64,000 bases of DNA, from assembly GCA_964035545.1 (NCBI GenBank), contig OZ037770.1:5404729-5468728 (forward strand), given 5' to 3'. A program made the translations under genes and the position numbers. Position 1 is the stretch's first letter. Every line of letters begins with the position of its first letter. Below, piece by piece: positions 1-12,462 of the stretch. Source of the stretch: Bugula neritina (lineage: Eukaryota > Animalia > Bryozoa). The notes beneath the pieces are model-generated. The model was given only the letters and a program-made list of their open reading frames with translations. It made no database searches and had not been told where the DNA came from.

Positions 1-872
1 CTTTCCCAACTTCATAGATATCTTTGTTAGAAGATACTATTCCCATTGAGTCATTAAAATGTTTAATTTCTGCAAATTCACCGTCTAGGCCTTTCTCTTC
101 TTCAAGAATTTCTTTGCACAGCTGATCAGATACTTGGAAAAATTTCTTGTGAAGCTTCGAAAACTGTTCTTTCTGAAATTTATCTTTGTGCGTCAAGACA
201 AGCTTTGGTGGGCCAATATATGGATGGGCGAGATAGAGGTGAGACATGTAATCAAAAGCCAACTTCCTGACAGCCTCTCTGTCTGTAGACGATTTTGAAA
301 TCTGATCATACTGCTCCATGTTGACTACAATTACTGGTACACAATTCTGTCTCAGTGTCAAATGATAGGTGATATGGTAGACCTCCTGGCCTCCCATATC
401 TATGAGACGAAGAGTTGTACCATCCACCTTCACCTCTTCCACATTAAACACTTTTGTGGTTTCATCATGCTCTGCATTAGGACTTCTGTCAGTCAGAACT
501 CTCTTCTTGTCAGTGCTCTGTAATGTTCTGATCAGACTGGTTTTACCTGCCATGGTGTTCCCCAACACTGCTATTGTAGCAAATGGCAAGTTTCTACCAG
601 TGCCCTTAGCCAAATCTGTGTAGTATTGTCGCACAGCATTTAATCCTCTCCGACAAACTTCTAGTGGAGGAGATGTAAGAGCATCGCAATAATCTATATT
701 CAGTGTGTAAAGACGGGTTAGCTGTAGTATCTCAGGGTTCAAGGATGTCATGAATTTGTTGAAGAAAAGATTCAGTGTGTGCAGATTACTCAATATGCAC
801 ACTGACGATGGTAGACAGGTGAAGCAATTCATTGATAAGTTTAGTGTCTGTAGCTCCTGTAGATTCTGTATC
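1..872 (-). CDS. Roco exon: last LRRs, PPxE cap and Roc GTPase domain (runs off window)
   Basis: Open frame with P-loop GNTMAGKTS, G3-like DMGGQ and G4-like THKD; acceptor ttattag at 873-879. Confidence 0.92.
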
Positions 873-3800
873 CTAATAAAATAGTATATTTCTATTACCA
901 GCACACATATGTAGAAAAGAGAATAAAACATGATATCAGAAGAGTACCCAAGAGGACATTCGAAAGTAAGAGAAATCAAGGACACCCAAAGCATAGATGG
1001 CAGGAGACAATCAGAAATGATATCCAGTCACGTTGCATGAGAGTCACTATAATAAACTCATATAAAATTCTTTGAAGCCGTACAGTACATAGATATGTAT
1101 CCAAAAAATCACCTTAATAGTAACTACAAGTAGGTATAGGCTAAGCTACAATTATTATATTACATACTGTATGTAAAAAGGTGTTATATGGTGAGAGTAG
1201 ATACAACATAGAACGAAGATTGAAAAACTGGAAGAGAAAATTAGTGGATGTCCACCTAAAAGTCAGCGGGTCTAAAACTGAGTACCTATCACCACAGAAG
1301 GCAGCAATGACATCAGATTGAGATAATAAATTCTTTGGATGGCTTATCAATGGTCCAGCTTTCTAGTGCCAATGTCAATAACTGGACCTTCCTTTGGCCC
1401 AAAGAAACTTTCACTTTTTTATTCAACGAACATATTAAGATGATCAAATTTTTATGGTTATTAGGCTTTATACAGGCATTTGTTGTTTCTGGGTGGAGTT
1501 TCTCTCTCTCTATACTTGCAACTGTGGCAATCTTCTTAATATTGACCTCCTCCACCTGATTCTGATTTCTTTTCCCAAGTTCACTCTACTGGATGGGCTG
1601 ATTTTTGGGGCTCTCCTGGTATAATTTTACTCCTTTGAATTGTAAAAACTGAGAGAAACTTTAAAAAAGCTGAGCTCTCAGAATACTTTAAGGAAACTAA
1701 AAGTGATGGATTTCTTCAAGTTGAGAAGGAAGCACAGACAGTGAACAATGGAATAACAGGGTTGAGAGTTTTTCCCTTCATTTGAAAGCTGCAAAAATCA
1801 GCCCATCTGGTAAAGTGAACTATAGGAAAAAAACGGAAGAAAGTGGAGGAAGCCATTACTGAGAAGGTGGCCACAGTGTTGAGTTTAGATGAAAAGGAAC
1901 TCATCCCAGAAGCAACAACTGTCTGTATAAAGCCTAGTGATCATGAAGATTTGAACAAATTATTATTATTCCTCGAATAAGAACGTGAAAGTTTTCTTGC
2001 AACTAGAAAAAGTCCAGTTATTGACATTAGCACGGAAAGCTGGACCACCGATAGAACAGCCACAGAACTTGGAGCAAACAATTACCTGGCTCAGTAAGCA
2101 AGAAAACTGTAAAGAGAAACCTGTTTGAACCAGATGTTAAAGTTGGACGACCCCTCGTTGACTTAATTCGGCCTGTTGGGTTCAGGGCCATGGCACTATA
2201 TTTGAGCATGTTTCTTAGTTTTTTAAAGCCACCCTTGCTTCAGCTACTTAATGTACTTGATTCCAGCAAGATTCCAGCTGTTTCACACCATTCACTCACA
2301 TAAATAACAATTGCTACCTGAAACTTATTGGGAATATCATATAACGCCAATCGGCAGAACTTCTCTTACAATATTGCACACAAATCAGAATTCACTGTAA
2401 CTTTCAGTAGATTTGACAGATATAGGAATCATATATGTATCTACTTGATACTTCGACCAATATGAATAATAAAAATTGTATGATCCCAACATATTATAAT
2501 GAAAATTTGCATTTGTCAATGTTTGTACGCATACCATTTTGATGTGCGATTTATGTTAAGTTTAGGCAATATAAGGACGTTCAAACTTATGAATCTATAA
2601 AATACACTAAATGACCTTACAGAAAATGCTTGTTTGAAAAATTTTACTGTATTTAAACATCGGGTTACATCCTTGTGAAGTTGAGCAATTTTTCAGGTTT
2701 TCTTATGTTTGGGTATCTATATCTAGGTAAATATGATTTTCAAAATTACACAAACGAAGGAGTGTAAAGTCAATATAATCAACTATTTATGCTTGAAAAT
2801 TTATGGAAGTGAAATAAAAATTATCGATTTTTGTGATGTGGCTAATATTCGATAGTTTTCAAAATTTACAAAAATATGTCAATATTCAATGGCCTAGCAT
2901 ATATGCAGACAAAGAATTCTGTAGCATGTGTTACTACTGGTGCAAATTGACAGGTGCTATCAAATCACACAGCAAAATTTAAGGCTCAGTCTAAAAAAAT
3001 GATTGAGATATAAAGTTGATAAAATGGTCTAAAAGTAGATATCACCAATTTTCATCAACAATTTTCCAACCTTTGTTCAATTTTTTCTGTGTCAGGCCAG
3101 AAATATTCAAAAATAGTACTCAGGACATGTGTAAGTCCATTCGGTGTAAATATGAACAAAATCTGAGACGCAAAGGCGTGGGACTTTCTGAAATTTGGTT
3201 GATTTGACATGGAATGACCCTGTTACAATACACAGTCAAAGCAAACATACATCATGAATAGAAACTCAGTGAAAGTTTTGTAAACCACAAGAGGCTGTTC
3301 CATTATTAAATACAAAACATTTTACTACAGAATGATATATTATGGCATAGCTTACAACTGTGTTACTTTAAGGATATGACAAACTACTACATGGCTTTGA
3401 AAAGTTCACTTAACATTTTTAACCACAGCAATATATAATATAATATACTTTAATATTACTTGATAAGCATATAAGTATATGAATGTCTGAATTTTTGAAA
3501 ACATACCATAACACTAGTGCACTTACAAAACAACTAAAGAGAAAATACGAGAGTGCTATAGATAAACTCAACAAATGCAGTTTGTTAGCATGACAATATA
3601 CGATAGAATACATCAACACTGTAGTGTTGAGTTTACCCAGTGCCCCATGGTGTAATGATTAGTGTATCTGCTTAAGGTTTGGAGTTCAAAGCCCAGTTGG
3701 GGCAAAAGTTTGATAAACACCATTCAGTGAGCATATAAATATGTGAATTATTGAGTGCTTGAAACAATACAAAATCTATGAAACACAAACCTCTCAGGTA

Positions 3801-6800
3801 GAGTAGATAATTTACATCTCTGCATATCCAACTCTTTAAGTGATGTGAGTGATGACACAATTTCTGGTACTGTGTTGAGAGGATTCCATTTTATGTCTAG
3901 TTTCTCTAACTGAGTCAGTTGACACAGACTGTAATATATAGTGTGTGATATGTGTAGTCTACTGTATAAGGATAATATATATTATATACTGTATCATAAC
4001 AATATAGTTATAAAGTGTGTGATATAATGTGCAGTCTACTGCATCATAATAATATAGTTGTCACAAATTCTTCTTTATAAATTCTTATAGTATATATCAC
4101 TCTCTTTTGTTATTTAGCCTACACTTGTGATTAGTATGACACACAAGCCTATGCAAGTATTATTGAGCAATAATTGTTTACATTTTTAGTCACTTTCTAT
4201 TGGCTAATGAATATTGCCTATTCTGCCCTAGTCATGCACAGTGTGGAATGTGGTAGTATTTTCTAGAATTATCAATTTAGTATTAAAGCAGATGCTTTAC
4301 TTGTAAAAGTCAGTTCATTTTTATAAGTTGTTCTATGCATATCTTACGGGAGAATAAAATTCTACTTTTATTCACAACTCTTTTTACTCTCAACTGAATT
4401 AGCAAGCTGTATGCTACTTGTCTATACACTTTTGACTACATGACCTTTCGAACTAGTCACACTACAACCATAGTATTGTGACAACAATATACTGATACAC
4501 ATTGCTTGTGCATTCAACCAGGTGATATATAAAAACTAATTTGGTTGGGCAAAAGATAGTCAAAGCAATCAAATCACAAAGCTATGAAGCATACAATACC
4601 TAGTTTTACTAGTAAATGACTGTTTCAATAATTAGAAAACTTTTAAAGCATAATAATATTCTGTGGCATACTATCAAATTAAATCTTTTACAGAGTATAA
4701 CCAACTAATATAGATAACCTCAAAAATGCAGTTTTTTAGCATAACAATATATGTTAGGATATATCAACACTGTAGTGTTGAGTTTACCCAGTGTCCCCAT
4801 GATGTAATGATTAGTGTGCCTGCTTGCAAGCTGGAGGTCTTGGGTTCAAATCCCAGTTAGGGCGAAAGTTTGACAAACACCATTTGGTGAGCATATAAAT
4901 GTGTAAATTATGGAGTGTTTGAAACAATACAAAATCTGTGAAACACAAACCTCTCAGGTAGAGTAGATAATTCACAGCTCCCCATATCCAACTCTTTAAG
5001 TAATGTGAGTGATGACACAACTTCTGGTACTGTGTTGAGAGGATTCCCTCCTATCTTTAGTTTCTCTAACTGAGTCAGCTGGCATAGACTGTAATATAAA
5101 GTGTGTGATACATGTGGTCTACTGTATAAGGATAATTTATATACTGTATACATTTATTGTGCATTCAAACCAAGTAAAAATTTCAAGTAATGCACTTACT
5201 GTTATCAGACACTACAAGAGGCCGTTCCATTATTAAATACAAAACGTTTTACCACAGAATGATAGATAATGCCATAGCTTTCAACTGTATTACTTCAAGG
5301 ATATAACAAACTATTACATGCCTCTGAAAAGTCCACTTTGTATTTTTAACCACAGCAATATATAATATAATGTACTTTAGTATTACTTGATAGGCATATA
5401 AGTATATGAATGTCTGAATTTTTGAAACAAGGAAAGCATACCATGATACTAGTACACTAACAGAACTACTAAATAGAATTTAGAACTCCAATCATATTTC
5501 AATAGAGCATTAAATTTTCATATGCACTATAAAAGCCACCCAAAAAAAGTAACTGAATACAGAACAATCAGCCTAAAGAGTTTTGTTGTAACCAAGTTTT
5601 TTAGAAGATGTGAATTATTGAGTGCTAGAAACAATAGAAAATATGTGACACACAAACCTCTCAGGTAGAGTAGATAATTCACAGCTGCACATATACAACT
5701 CTTTAAGTGATGTGAGTGATGACACAACTTCTGGTACTGTGTTGAGAAGATTACTTTCTATGTTTAGTTTCTCTAACTGAGTCGGCTGACACATACTGTA
5801 ATATAAAGTGTGTGATATAATGTTTAGTCTACTGTATCACTATAATATAATATACTGTACACATTGCTTGTGTATTCAAACGAGGTAAAAAATTCAAGCA
5901 ATACACTTATTATTACAAGACACAGTCAAAGCAAACACACAAAGGGAATAGAAATTCAATGAAAATTTTGTAAACCATTAGAGGCTGTTTCATTATTAAA
6001 TACAAAACGTTTTACTGCAGAATGATATATAATGCCATAGCTTACAACTGTGTTACTTGAAGGATATAACAAACTATTACATGCCTTTGAAAAGTTCACT
6101 TTATATTTTTAACCACAGCAATATATAATATAATATACTTTAATAATACTTTATGAGCATATAAGTATATGAATGTCTGAGTTTCTGAAACAAGGAAAAC
6201 ATACCATGACACTAGTACACTAACAGAACTATGAAATAGAATATACGACATTACTACATATAACTTCGACAAATGCAGTTTGTTAGCATTTCAATATGGT
6301 TGGATACATTAACAGTGTAGTACTGAGTTTACCCAGTGTCCTTATGGTGTAATGATTACTGATTAGTGCTCTTGTTTGTAAGCTAGAGGTACTGGGTTCA
6401 AATCTCAGTTGGATCAAAGTTTGATAAACACCATTCAGTGAACATATAAATATGTAAATTATTGAATGCTTGAAACAATACAAAATCTGTGACATACAAA
6501 CCTCTCAGGTAGAGTAGATAATTCACAGTACCACATATCCAACTCTTTAAGTGATGTGAGTGATGACACAACTTCTGGTACTGTGTTGAGAGGATTCCCT
6601 ACTATGCTTAGTTTCTCTAACTGAGTCAGCTGACATAGACTGTAATATAAAGTGTGTGATATATCTAGTATACTGTATAAGGATAATATATATATACTGT
6701 ATACATTTCTTGTGCGTTCAAACCAAGTAAAAAGTTCAACAAATATACTTATTGTTTGTTAGCATTGCAATATGGTGGGATACATCAACACTGTAGTACT

Positions 6801-8616
6801 GAGTTTACCCAGTGTCTCATGGTGTAATGATTAGTGTATCTGCTTGCAAGCTACAGATCTTGGGTTCAAATCTTAGTTGGATCAAAGTTTGATAAACACC
6901 ATTCGGTGAGCATGTGAATTATTGAGTGTTTGAAACAATACTGAAACTGTGACACACAAACCTCTGAGGTAGAGTAGATAATTCACAGCTCCACATATCC
7001 AACTCTTTAAGTGATGTGAGTGATGACACAACTTCTGGTACTGTGTTGAGAGGATTCTCTTTTATGTATAGTTTCTCTAGCTGAGTCAGCTGACACAGAC
7101 TGTAATATAAAATGTGTGATACATGTAGTCTACTGTATAAGGATAATTTACACTGTATACATTGCTTGTGTATTCAAACCAGGTAAAACATGCAAGAAAC
7201 ACACTTATTGTTGCATAGAACAGCAAAGAGGCTTTGCTATATTATGTTGTAGGTGAGGAGAGGAAGCTTCATTATGCAAGGTCAGCTGTTAGCTTATAGT
7301 ACATGAGGCCTCATTCTACACGCTAAGTAAGTTAATCTGATGACTAAATTGTAATGTAATATATTTGTAGTTTATGACATAAAGTAGCCTTTTCTATACT
7401 ACTATAAACTGTGAATTACTTCAGTTTTCAGCTACATAAAACATGTTTTATTTAATGCTATCAACTAGCAGTACAGGCAGTTTTACACTTCCTAGTTTCT
7501 ACAACCAGCTTACTTGGTATAGGTACAATGTTGCACATAACACTATGTTAATGTATATGCATTTTATTATTTAATAAATAAGACAAATGAACTCATTTAA
7601 CATTTACACAGCTATTTTAATAGACACTCACTTGTCCAGACTTGCTCTGTCAGTCAGGTTATAAACACGTAGACACAGGGCTCTACCAGCAATCTCTCCG
7701 ATGTTACTTGGAATTGTTCCCTCCAGTTTGAGATCTATGATATCATAACTCCCAACTTCACGTTTCACCTCAGCAGTAGTATATGACTGGGTAGCAGCCC
7801 ACCATACATCTGACCAGCTCACAGGAGGCTGTCCAGAATGTCTGAACCAGATTCTCATACTCTCTGTAACATAATACAGTGATAGTGTGATTATTACACA
7901 GTGCTGACAGGTGATGTCTATCATTCTGACACCTGCCATCTACGGTTTGAATATATTTATTATATGGTGGATGTCAATATTCATATCTATAACTAAATTA
8001 CACATATTTTAATGAGTAGCTTTAGACTCTTCATAATCAGTCATTTTGTGCATAATTTCCAGAGCAGTGTTGATTACTTTGCGATAAGACAACTTTAACC
8101 AAGCTGCTTGCTTTATTTTACATATTATATAATTTTTCAAAGCATTAGGTTGATTGTTGACATAAACAAGTAGAGGATGTAGTGATAATATGTTAATCAG
8201 TATCCTTTAAATTGTAGTGGCTTAACATCTACATTCACTTATCTGTTACCTTTCATACGTCAAAGTTTACATACATGTACTAAAGAGTTGGACATACAAA
8301 CATTACATACAGATGAAGATAACAATGAATAGTGATGTATACAACCAAACATATGCATGTTCTTCACATTAGTATTTGATGGAGAAGCTATTATTCACAC
8401 AATAATAATCTGACATTACTTTTACATCTAAAACTAGAGCTTGATATATTACTCATATATGAATAATATAATGATGTAATATAACATAAATATAATATTC
8501 AACATTACACAAAATTTTATAATAATTTGCATGCTATTATCGGTGTTGAAGTGTTTTTATTGTCCAGAAAGAAATAAATAAAATAGTTGTTAAATTCACT
8601 CACCACCAGTAGCCAT
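1..8616 (-). CDS. Roco-family protein (N-terminal region + LRR array + Roc GTPase; MFHAS1/MASL1-like), spliced, 3' end outside window. Coding exons: 8604-8616, 7632-7863, 6962-7099, 6502-6639, 5658-5795, 4951-5088, 3791-3928, 1-872
   Basis: All exons have GT..AG flanks and compatible phases: accATG GCT ACT GGT G|gtgagt (phase 1), exon 2 ends GAC AA|gtgagt (phase 2), five 138-nt phase 2-2 LRR exons, then tag|G ATA CAG. The joined frame is open for about 602 codons: MATGESMRIWF...LDN-LRRs-...SPPLEVCRRGLNAVRQYY...VLGNTMAGKTSLIRTL...LIDMGGQEVY...LVLTHKD. Confidence 0.9.
900..1325 (+). mobile_element. Degenerate RTE-like LINE fragments in Roco intron
   Basis: Remnant translations SKRNQGHPKHRWQETIRNDI and LKNWKRKLVDVHLKVSGSKTEYL resemble the RTE-clade ORF2 C-terminal and post-RT motifs. 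Confidence 0.45.
1330..3220. mobile_element. Decayed DNA-transposon remnants (possibly Sola2-like): two opposite-orientation copies of one ORF fragment plus a terminal-repeat-like end
   Basis: Minus 1335-1555 (KKIATVASIEREKLHPETTNACIKP...KVQLLTLALESWTIDK) is homologous to plus about 1840-2110 (EKVATVLSLDEKELIPEATTVCIKP...VQLLTLA/ESWTTDR). TTTGACATGGAATGACCC ends at 3220, where cassette intron sequence resumes. Confidence 0.45.
3791..3928 (-). CDS. LRR cassette exon 5 (2 x 23-aa LRR)
   Basis: LCQLTQLEKLDIKWNPLNTVPEIVSSLTSLKELDMQRCKLSTLPE; ttacag| and |gtttgt flanks. Confidence 0.88.
4056..4486. mobile_element. Solo LTR in Roco intron
   Basis: Terminal inverted repeats (a)GTTGTCACAA...TTGTGACAACA, flanking ATAT 4-bp TSD (4052-4055, 4487-4490), internal AATAAA; absent from sister cassettes. 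Confidence 0.65.
4794..4864 (+). repeat. tRNA-derived SINE-head-like element; copies also at about 3642-3703, 6338-6415 and 6814-6883
   Basis: A-box-like TGGTGTAATGATTAG (consensus of copies) and B-box GGGTTCAAATCCC with an anticodon-arm-like CCTGCTTGCAAGCTGG; degenerate, duplicated with the LRR cassettes. Confidence 0.6.
4951..5088 (-). CDS. LRR cassette exon 4
   Basis: LCQLTQLEKLKIGGNPLNTVPEVVSSLTLLKELDMGSCELSTLPE (within ORF 4908..5153); canonical splice sites. Confidence 0.88.
5658..5795 (-). CDS. LRR cassette exon 3
   Basis: MCQPTQLEKLNIESNLLNTVPEVVSSLTSLKELYMCSCELSTLPE; canonical splice sites. Confidence 0.85.
6502..6639 (-). CDS. LRR cassette exon 2
   Basis: LCQLTQLEKLSIVGNPLNTVPEVVSSLTSLKELDMWYCELSTLPE; canonical splice sites. 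Confidence 0.88.
6962..7099 (-). CDS. LRR cassette exon 1
   Basis: LCQLTQLEKLYIKENPLNTVPEVVSSLTSLKELDMWSCELSTLPQ; canonical splice sites. Confidence 0.88.
7632..7863 (-). CDS. Roco exon 2, N-terminal region
   Basis: Part of ORF 7628..7939; acceptor gttacag (phase 1) and donor gtgagt (phase 2) match the neighbouring exons. Confidence 0.8.
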
Positions 8617-9459
8617 GGTTACCAACTAGTAGATAGTCTTTCTTGGTAATAAGTTTTAGCTAAAATCTAGCAGTTCCACCTAAAACAGATATTAAATATA
8701 AAGTAAAATAATATGATTACTCATCATCTTTATTATATTCTTATAGTATATTAATATTTCTAAATATAATGAATATCTGGCTAAACAATACACCAGATCA
8801 TCAAATGTTTCACAACTTCCTGAAATAAATGTGGGCAGCTATTAAATATAAAGTAGTAGAATATAATTACTTGCTATTTTCACCCTTTGTAAAGTACACG
8901 GATATTCCCAAACAAGAGTCCAGATCTGACTGAGCAATACACCAGGTGAACAGATTTGAATCAGAACATTTGACAACTCTCTCAAATACTTATACATTTA
9001 AAACATATATATATACGTACATATAATCATTACTAAAAATAGTATTCCTTTGCTTCAAATGCTTGAAAGTTGAATAAGTTGTGACTTAAGCAGACTAAGG
9101 ACTTTAATTTTTTATTTGACTTGACACAGTTTGGAGTATGAGTAGAACTTATCTCAAAAAACTTTTTGAAATATTTATTTTCACACAGGCCCGATAGTTA
9201 TAATAGTGTAACAGCAAAATCCAAAACTGCATTCAGCAATTCCTCAGAGGGGGAAATGTTACAAAATATTCTACTCCTGGACAAAGCTGTATCAAATAAT
9301 CATCACCCAGCAATTTACATACTCTTATATAAATAAACCAAGTACTATAACATGACTATAAACACAGGGTTATGTTTTCTGAAGAGATGTAGGAAATTAG
9401 TAAAACATGGAAATCGCATGACTAACTCTACAAGCTGACTGACCTCTACTAGCTGCAGT

Positions 9460-10045
9460 GTAGAATATTAGTGCAAGGTAGAATATTAGTGTAAGGTAGA
9501 ATATTAGTGTAAGGTAGAATATTGATGTAAAGTAGAATATTAGTGTAAGGTAGACTATTAGTGTAAGGTAGAACATTAGTGTAAGGTAGAATATTAGTGC
9601 AAGGTAGAATATTAGTGTAAAGTAGAGTATTAGTGTAAGGTAAAATATTAGTGTAAGGTAGAATATTAGTGCAAGGTAGAATATTAGTGTAAGGTAGAAT
9701 ATTAGTGTAAGGTAGAATATTGATGTAAAGTAAAATATTAGTGTAAGGTAGACTATTAGTGTAAGGTAGAACATTAGTGTAAGGTAGAATATTAGTGCAA
9801 GGTAGAATATTAGTGTAAAGTAGAGTATTAGTGTAAGGTAAAATATTAGTGTAAGGTAGAATATTAGTGCAAGGTAGAATATTAGTGTAAGGTAGAATAT
9901 TAGTGTAAGGTAGAATATTGATGTAAAGTAGAATATTAGTGTAAGGTAGACTATTAGTGTAAGGTAGAACATTAGTGTAAGGTAGAATATTAGTGTAAGG
10001 TAGAATATTAGTGTAAGGTAGAATATTAGTGTAAGGTAGAATATT
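9460..10045. repeat. 18-bp minisatellite (GTAAGGTAGAATATTAGT)n, about 32 units, with a 198-bp higher-order period
   Basis: Read directly; variant units recur every 11 units (66-aa period in spurious ORF 9397..9972). Confidence 0.95.
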
Positions 10046-12444
10046 CACAGTGATAATCAGTCGAGTCAGGAGTTGAATAAATAGTTTAAATACACATACC
10101 CAGAGATCTACCAGTTGGAGGCTAAAGCAGCAGATTTGACATCTTATTTCACATCCAAACACATACAGTTATCTATAAAAACAACAGGATTATTTCTGAA
10201 AAAAGCAAAACATGAACACAAAAACAGTCCAAGTATGTAATGGGTGAGCCTAGCAAATATAGCTGACTAGTAATTGATTTATGCAAATAAAACATCTTTA
10301 AATCAAATGTTTTCTGTGACAGATACATACGGATTAATGAAGCAAGTGGATTGAGCATTCCATTCAGTATATTAAATATAAAAAAAGACAATATTTTACG
10401 TATTAGCTATTGATGAAGTAATATTCTCCACATTAGAAGTAAACAAAGTAATATTGTAAACACTGTTTAAAAACCAAAAAGTTTACTTTCAGCAGCATTA
10501 CATCATGCTAGAAAATTATCAGATTATTTATAATTTGCTATTTCTGTAATGAAGGGATTTGTAGTATTTCATAGGCTAGCGACTAGTTAACCAGATGTGG
10601 TTTGCTGACTGCCCTAAAAACATTCAATTACTTGTTAGGCTTGACTACTAGGAGGAATGTAAAAAGAATGCAATAGAGGACTTAAATCCAAACTTTCAAG
10701 TTAGCCAAAAGTCTATTTAACAATAATATCAAATTAATTTTTAATGCCATGGTGTAACTTAGTTACAACTATTAATCGTATTCGCTAATGGCTGTCACTG
10801 TTATTACTGTAGTTGCGCAGATCAACTATAAAGTAATTAGCATAGTGATTATATATAAAATATATAAATAGTGAAGCTAATCATTAGCAGAGCAATAGTC
10901 ATTAATTATTATCAGCATCAGAAAATACTATTGCGATGCATACTACTACAAACATCACATGAATATATCACAAAATATCATATTCATACTGATTTTGACA
11001 ATTCACAATTATATTTAAATTGTGTATTACATTATAATTACAATCATGGATTTATGATAAGGATTAAGATTAACATAAAATTACTGTACACCCATATTCG
11101 TATTGACATTTACATTAAATTATCATTAGATTTACTATCAGTACTACTAATTTATAGTTTTAGCAGCACTAATTATTAAACGGATAAATACTTTAATGGA
11201 AATCATTAATGGTTCTGCTATTGACACATTATGATGAAAAAAAACATATTACCACTATCATTTGATAGATATCACTATAACTATAGGTAATCACCCTTAA
11301 CTTGAAGTTAATGGTTATCATTACATTTAAAATTATATGCATCTCAATGGTAATGCCATATTACCATTGAGATGCATATATATTAAATTTAATATTCATA
11401 TATATATTTACAAAGTCAAAGTGATTATCCTTATGATTATCATTACGACAATGGTTATTATCATGATGGCAATCTAAACCATAGTGATAATTATAATCAT
11501 ATTGATACACTTATAGTTGCAGTCAGAACCCATAATGGATAATAAGAATGATAAACTCATAGTCAGTCATAAAATTTGAAGTTGAATTTTAACGTAAAGA
11601 AAACATTGACTGACAATAAAAACCAGTACGTGGCGCTAGATATCATCACAATTTACTACTATGTAGCCTAATTGTTTTACTACATGTTATTATGGCTAGT
11701 AACTTAGCAAAACGTTAATAAAACTACGATAATGAGAAATGGTGGCTGTAATTAGGTAGCAATTTGGTAACGATCTGCTCAAACTAGGAAGTGAGTCGGA
11801 AACGGAAAAGAAAAGCAAATACTCGCGTTGGCAAAAAGTCATGCGATGTCTATTGCTTGCGCTGTAGAGTTTTCTTCTCACGGCTAAAATTAGTTTTTGT
11901 TGCTTTCATTTTTGTGTCAATTATAGATATTAACAATGATAATATATTCATATTGTAATATTCACTGAGTTGTATATCTCGTTCCAAATTTTGAGTGTGA
12001 GTGTGCGTGCGTGCGTGCGTGTGTGTAGTATGTTTATCACAAATAATATGAATTGAAAAGGTATACAATTTATGAAAATTAGTTGATATTTATACATATT
12101 GTAATGGGATTATGTAGCATAATAATGGGGTCGTCCCCTCCTGCGTGGAATAATTATAACCATGTTCTACTATCCAATCAAAAGGACCGGAAGGCAAGGT
12201 TCCGGTCAAGTGACTGTTCGCGGGTTAGCTAGCAGAAACCATGTGTTGTTGAGAGCAGGGGCTCGTAGTAGTAACATGTGTTTATAATTGATTGATGTAT
12301 TGTGGTTTTGATGTGATGTTATAATTATGTTTATCGAGTTAAATAAAGGTTATCGTACGCAAGCTCTGCTAGTAATTGCTAGTTAAATTGAAACTAAATA
12401 CGCAGGCAATCCACGCTTAATAATTGCACTAAAACTCACAACAG

Positions 12445-12462
12445 TGGTGGCAGCAGTGGGAT
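12445..12462 (+). promoter_or_regulatory. Primer-binding site, tRNA-Leu type
   Basis: TGGTGGCAGCAGTGGGAT just after the LTR; near-complement of the tRNA-Leu 3' end (..ATCCCACCGCTGCCACCA). A similar PBS starts at 46979. Confidence 0.75.

Noticed and set aside
4794-4864. Functional tRNA-Ala gene
   Set aside because: Stems are imperfect and the four copies are degenerate; better explained as a SINE head.
3672-5727. Repeated small ORFs MCHHSHHLKSWI...
   Set aside because: Alternative frames of the LRR exons running into introns.
9397-10162. 191-aa and 237-aa ORFs of repeating LIFYLT / NILPYT
   Set aside because: Open only because the 18-bp minisatellite lacks stops in those frames; no gene context.
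11334-11380. Perfect 21-bp inverted repeat with a 5-nt loop
   Set aside because: Isolated hairpin in AT-rich low-complexity DNA, likely a local template-switch product; no evidence for an RNA gene.
11760-11890. CpG-containing patch as the Roco promoter or first exon
   Set aside because: Plausible position, but no splice donor or transcription start can be supported from sequence alone.
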